A stretch of DNA of 64,000 bases, taken from contig CBDUPA010000010.1 in NCBI GenBank assembly GCA_965368975.1, positions 96,001-160,000 of the forward strand. The letters are read 5' to 3'. The translations under genes were made by a program, and so were the position numbers. Below, one piece after another: positions 60,284 through 64,000 of this stretch (the first letter of the stretch is position 1; each line of letters begins with the position of its first letter). Source of the stretch: an uncultured bacterium. Lineage in GTDB: Bacteria; Acidobacteriota; Thermoanaerobaculia; Multivoradales; JAHZIX01. The notes beneath the pieces are model-generated. The model was not told the DNA's origin, did no database searches, and saw only the letters and a program-made list of their open reading frames with translations.

Positions 60284-62014
60284 CTAGGTGTCCAGCTGGG
60301 CTCCGATATAGCCTTCGCTTTCCAAGTGCAGTAGCACCTGTTGGGCAGCTTCCTCCGGACTCACGTCGGTGGTGTCGAGGTGGACCTCCGCGTCAGCGGG
60401 TTCTTCGTAGGGGTCCGAAATGCCGGTGAACTCGGCAATGATACCCGCCCGCGCCTTGGCGTACAGTCCCTTGCGGTCCCGCCCTTCACAGGTCTCGAGC
60501 GGCGTCGCCACGTGCACCAGCACGAAACCACCCCCCGCCTCCACCATCTGCCGCACTTCGCGGCGCACATCGTCGTACGGCGCGATCGGCGCGCACAACG
60601 CGATGCCACCGTTCTTGGTGATCTCGGAAGCGACGAAGCCGATGCGCCGGATGTTGATGTCGCGGTGCTCCTTGGAGAAGCCCAGCTCCGACGACAGGTT
60701 CGTGCGCACGATGTCGCCGTCGAGCAGCGTGACCGGGCGCCCCCCCATTTCCATCAGTTTGGTCATCAGCACATTGGCGACCGTCGACTTGCCCGCTCCC
60801 GAGAGGCCGGTGAAAAAGACGGTGAAACCCTGCCTGTGGCGCGGCGGGAAGGTCCTACGCAGCTCCTGCGCCACCTCCGAGAAGGTGAACCATTCTGGCA
60901 ACTCCCGGCCATCGGCCAGGCGTCGCCGCAACTGGGTACCAGACAGAGTCAGAACGCGTTCCCCATCGCGCACCTCGTCCTCGGTGACGTACTTGTCGCG
61001 CTCTTCGACGTACACCATCATGCGGAACGGCACCATCTCGATCGCCAGCTCTTCCTGGTGCGCACGCAGCAACTCCTGCGCATCGTACGGACCATAGAAC
61101 GGCTTGCCCTCCGCGTCGACCCCTGGGCCGGCATGGTCGCGGCCAACGATGAAGTGACTGCAGCCGTAGTTCTTGCGGATGATCGCGTGCCACAGCGCCT
61201 CGCGCGGCCCGGCCATGCGCATCGCCAGCGGCAGCAGCGACAGGGCCACCGTCTGCTGCGGATAGCGACCGAGCACGGCCTGGTAGGCGCGCACCCGCGT
61301 GTAGTGATCGACATCACCCGGCTTGGTCAAACCGACCACCGGATGGATGAGCAGGTTGGCCTCCAGATCGCGAGCGGCGCGCAGGGTCAGTTCCTGGTGC
61401 GCACGGTGCATCGGGTTGCGCGTCTGGAACGCGACCACCTTGCGCCAGCCCATGCGCGAAAGTTCGAAGCGCAGCTCGGCCGGCGTGTGGCGCAGCGTCC
61501 GGAAGTCGTAGTGCACTGGCGCCTCGACGCCCTCGACACGGCCACCCAAGTACACCGGCCGGGTCGCGTCCAGCAGTTGCGCGACGCCCGGATGATGGCG
61601 ATCCCGCGTGCCGTAGACCGCTTCGGCCTCGACCTCGCGGTCCGGCGTCCAGATGTCCTCGACGTGCAGCACCGCCAGCATGACACCTTCCGGATCGCGC
61701 AACGCGACCTTGCCACCGGTGGCCAGCTCGGCCGCGAACTCTTCGTCCACGTCGAGCATGATCGGGATCGGCCACAGCTCGCCCGATGCCAGGCGCATGT
61801 CCTTGCACACAGCCTCGTAGTCGGCGCGCCCGAGGAAGCCTTCGAGCGGCGAGAAGCCACCGCACAGCAGCAGCTCGAGGTCGCGGAGCTGACGCGGCGT
61901 CAGGCTCAGGGACAACCAGTCGCGCGAAGCTTCACGCAGTTCAGCGGCCCGCTCGAGGACCGCCATCAAATTGACCAGCTGGCCACCATGAGGAGAGTTC
62001 AAATGTCCGGACAC
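60284..62014 (-). CDS. sat/cysC: Bifunctional sulfate adenylyltransferase / adenylylsulfate kinase (PAPS synthesis)
   Basis: FQTRNPMHRAH, IVGRDHAG; P-loop GLSGAGKS, LDGD, FTGISDPYE. Confidence 0.94.
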   Translation of the reverse strand: MSGHLNSPHGGQLVNLMAVLERAAELREASRDWLSLSLTPRQLRDLELLLCGGFSPLEGFLGRADYEAVCKDMRLASGELWPIPIMLDVDEEFAAELATGGKVALRDPEGVMLAVLHVEDIWTPDREVEAEAVYGTRDRHHPGVAQLLDATRPVYLGGRVEGVEAPVHYDFRTLRHTPAELRFELSRMGWRKVVAFQTRNPMHRAHQELTLRAARDLEANLLIHPVVGLTKPGDVDHYTRVRAYQAVLGRYPQQTVALSLLPLAMRMAGPREALWHAIIRKNYGCSHFIVGRDHAGPGVDAEGKPFYGPYDAQELLRAHQEELAIEMVPFRMMVYVEERDKYVTEDEVRDGERVLTLSGTQLRRRLADGRELPEWFTFSEVAQELRRTFPPRHRQGFTVFFTGLSGAGKSTVANVLMTKLMEMGGRPVTLLDGDIVRTNLSSELGFSKEHRDINIRRIGFVASEITKNGGIALCAPIAPYDDVRREVRQMVEAGGGFVLVHVATPLETCEGRDRKGLYAKARAGIIAEFTGISDPYEEPADAEVHLDTTDVSPEEAAQQVLLHLESEGYIGAQLDT

Positions 62015-62250
62015 GTCGACTCCTTCCTGACTATCTTGTACAGCCGACTCAGTGCTTGATCGTTACAGCTCTCGCGGACAGCGCACTGCCGCACGGGGCG
62101 CGATCGATATGGGGCCCTGGCCACTGGGCCGTGACCCCACGGTGAGCTCAGCCAAGTATGAAGCGTAAATGGGTAGTGAGAATTCGATCCGAGAGAATCG
62201 TGGTGTTGAAACGGGTTTCGAGAGTGAGTTCGCGGTCGGGCCAGCGGGGA

Positions 62251-63813
62251 TCAGCTGTGGTTCCAGCGCCTCAGTTCGAGCCCGAGAGCCAGCAGCAGTC
62301 CGGCCAGGTTGCCGGCCAGAAAAGCCAAGACCGACTTGAAGAGGGGGGCTTGCTGTGTCGCCCCCAAAGGCTTGGAGGCTTCGATGCCAATGCTGACCGC
62401 GGGAGCGGCGAGTTGGGCACTGAGAAGGCGGCCATCGAGATAGCCAGGGAGCAGCATCTCGGCTTCCTTCTGTAGGCGGTCGATCTCGCGCTCGACCTGC
62501 TCGAGCTCCAGCTCGGCCTGCCGCTCATGTGCGCTGCGCTCTTCCAACCAGGCCTCGCTCAGCGCGTCCAACCCGTCCGATCGCTGGCGGCTGAGCAGCT
62601 CCAGACCGCTCTCCCGGGCGCGACGAACCGCGTCGACGAGGGTACGCGCCGCCTGCACCTCCGTGTCCAGACGATCCACCTCCTCGGACAAGGCCGTACG
62701 CTGGGCTTCCAGAGACTCGCGAGGCGCCAGCGTCGTCAATAGGTCGATCTCCAGCAGCGCCGCTCGTGTCGACAGCTCCTCATAGAGTGGATTCGGCTCC
62801 TGCTGGACGAGCTGGAGAGTCTGCCAGTTCACGTCACTCTGCGGCGCGGAGGCGTCCTGCCCGACCACCAACTTCCACACCGTGTCGTCGTTGACCGACT
62901 TGCGCGTCTCGACGATCCGGGGAGTGCCGGCCAGCTGTGCCTTGGTCGCCTGTAGCCGCTGCGTCATGACTTCGGCTTCTCGGTCCAGCTTGGCCAGGCG
63001 TGTCTCGAGCTGCCCGAGCGCACCTTGGCGTGCCTCCAGGTGTGCTCTGCGGCTGACCAGTCGCGCCTCAGAGATGGCACTATTGAGCCGCTCGCGGGTC
63101 ACCTCCTGGTGCTCCGACTCCAGGCGTTCGGTCTCTGCACGGTGGTCTTCCAGCCTTGCCCGCCAGCTTCCGTTCAGCTGCAGACGCGCGAGGCCCGCGG
63201 CGTCCTGCTGTGCCACCCGGCGCTGTTCCAGTTCCGCCAAGCGTTCATCGAGTTCTGGGTAGCGATCTTCCAACCGGCGAATCGGTTCCAAGATGCCCTG
63301 GCGCGACAACTGCTCCGCCTGCTCACGGAACACCTCGGCCCACGTATTGGCAGCCGCCTGTGCCAGTTCGGGCGTCGAGCACAGTGCGACCAATTGCACC
63401 AGCGAAGCCTGCGGTGCTTCACCACGGCGACGCGCCGGCGAGATGAGAATCTGGCTACTGAGGTTCTTGCCCACTTGTAGGCGCTCGTTGCCCAGAACCC
63501 CTTGTTCGCGCAGGCGTTGCCGAGTTTCGCCGATCACGACAGGCGACTCGAGCAGGCGCTGGTACGCCTCGGGGGCCAGCGAAATCGGCGCCAGCGACTT
63601 CAGCTCCACGGGCTCGGGACTCAGCAGCAGGCTCGCCATCGCCCGATACATGGGTGGCTGCAGGCTGACGAAAACCCACACCACGGCTGCAGCCAGCACA
63701 CCCGGGCCCAGCAAGAGCCACCAACGGCGGCGGACGAAGCCGACCAGGTCACCGAGCGTCAGACCTGCTTCGGCCGACGGATGGACTTCGGAAGGTGCGG
63801 GAGCGTGATCCAT
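62251..63813 (-). CDS. Polysaccharide co-polymerase / chain-length determinant (Wzz-like, long coiled coil, no kinase domain)
   Basis: LTLGDLVGFVRRRWWLL + TM, PPMYRA.ASLL, long coiled coil, C-terminal TM; no Walker A motif; start uncertain (63813-63891). Confidence 0.75.
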   Translation of the reverse strand: MDHAPAPSEVHPSAEAGLTLGDLVGFVRRRWWLLLGPGVLAAAVVWVFVSLQPPMYRAMASLLLSPEPVELKSLAPISLAPEAYQRLLESPVVIGETRQRLREQGVLGNERLQVGKNLSSQILISPARRRGEAPQASLVQLVALCSTPELAQAAANTWAEVFREQAEQLSRQGILEPIRRLEDRYPELDERLAELEQRRVAQQDAAGLARLQLNGSWRARLEDHRAETERLESEHQEVTRERLNSAISEARLVSRRAHLEARQGALGQLETRLAKLDREAEVMTQRLQATKAQLAGTPRIVETRKSVNDDTVWKLVVGQDASAPQSDVNWQTLQLVQQEPNPLYEELSTRAALLEIDLLTTLAPRESLEAQRTALSEEVDRLDTEVQAARTLVDAVRRARESGLELLSRQRSDGLDALSEAWLEERSAHERQAELELEQVEREIDRLQKEAEMLLPGYLDGRLLSAQLAAPAVSIGIEASKPLGATQQAPLFKSVLAFLAGNLAGLLLALGLELRRWNHS

Positions 63814-64000
63814 GATGGAGGTCGTTGGAACAAGGGCCGGCCAATCTCGTTCGAGCACAGCGCCGTTCGTTTCAATCCGGGAAGCTATCATACAGCCGCC
63901 CCCTTTGACCTCCGACCGGCAGCCACAGTCGCTATGGTACCTTCACCGTTTCCGGGCGCATGCCGTGTCCCGGGTGTCGATGGAAGGATTGCACGATGCC

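Noticed and set aside
28227-62059. Long antisense or alternate-frame ORFs (e.g. 28227-29927, 37484-39100, 41428-42888, 58958-60334, 60341-62059)
   Set aside because: Shadow ORFs of well-supported genes, expected from high-GC codon bias, with no recognisable motifs
62251-63813. Wzc tyrosine kinase
   Set aside because: No Walker A motif or Tyr-rich tail; the protein ends right after the second TM helix

Overview
High-GC bacterial chromosomal window. Gene content and a C-terminal 'DGFESGD..W' motif suggest a Thermoanaerobaculia-like Acidobacterium (inference). Layout: (1) 1-14.5 kb, mixed signalling and housekeeping genes: CBS protein, two SpoIIE/PP2C phosphatases, TPR lipoprotein, cNMP-PilZ protein, YtxJ/BrxC, lepB, SDR, rocD, NUDIX-MBL fusion, fasciclin, moaA. 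(2) 14.5-25.4 kb, a minus-strand envelope-signalling cluster: YfiN-like hybrid histidine kinase, TonB-dependent receptor with a CxxCH motif, large TPR protein, PhnD-like binding protein, response regulator, REC-Ser/Thr kinase. (3) 25.6-28.4 kb, a secreted beta-propeller/M23 peptidase and a Phd-VapC toxin-antitoxin pair, followed by glgX and a VOC protein. (4) 31.6-41.2 kb, five tandem paralogous signal-peptide-bearing proteins resembling phage tail fibres, each with an S74 intramolecular chaperone, with no phage genes nearby and long motif-bearing intergenic regions. (5) 41.3-63.9 kb, a Wzx/Wzy polysaccharide cluster with its own PAPS synthesis, two sulfotransferases (one fused to the flippase) and an amidotransferase. 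The best candidates for undescribed biology are the secreted fibre array, a possible split-domain anchoring system (DGFES tail plus the small secreted protein at 51.4 kb), and the CxxCH-containing TonB receptor signalling operon. I found no rRNA, tRNA, CRISPR array, integrase or transposase. All calls come from reading motifs by eye; no searches were run.
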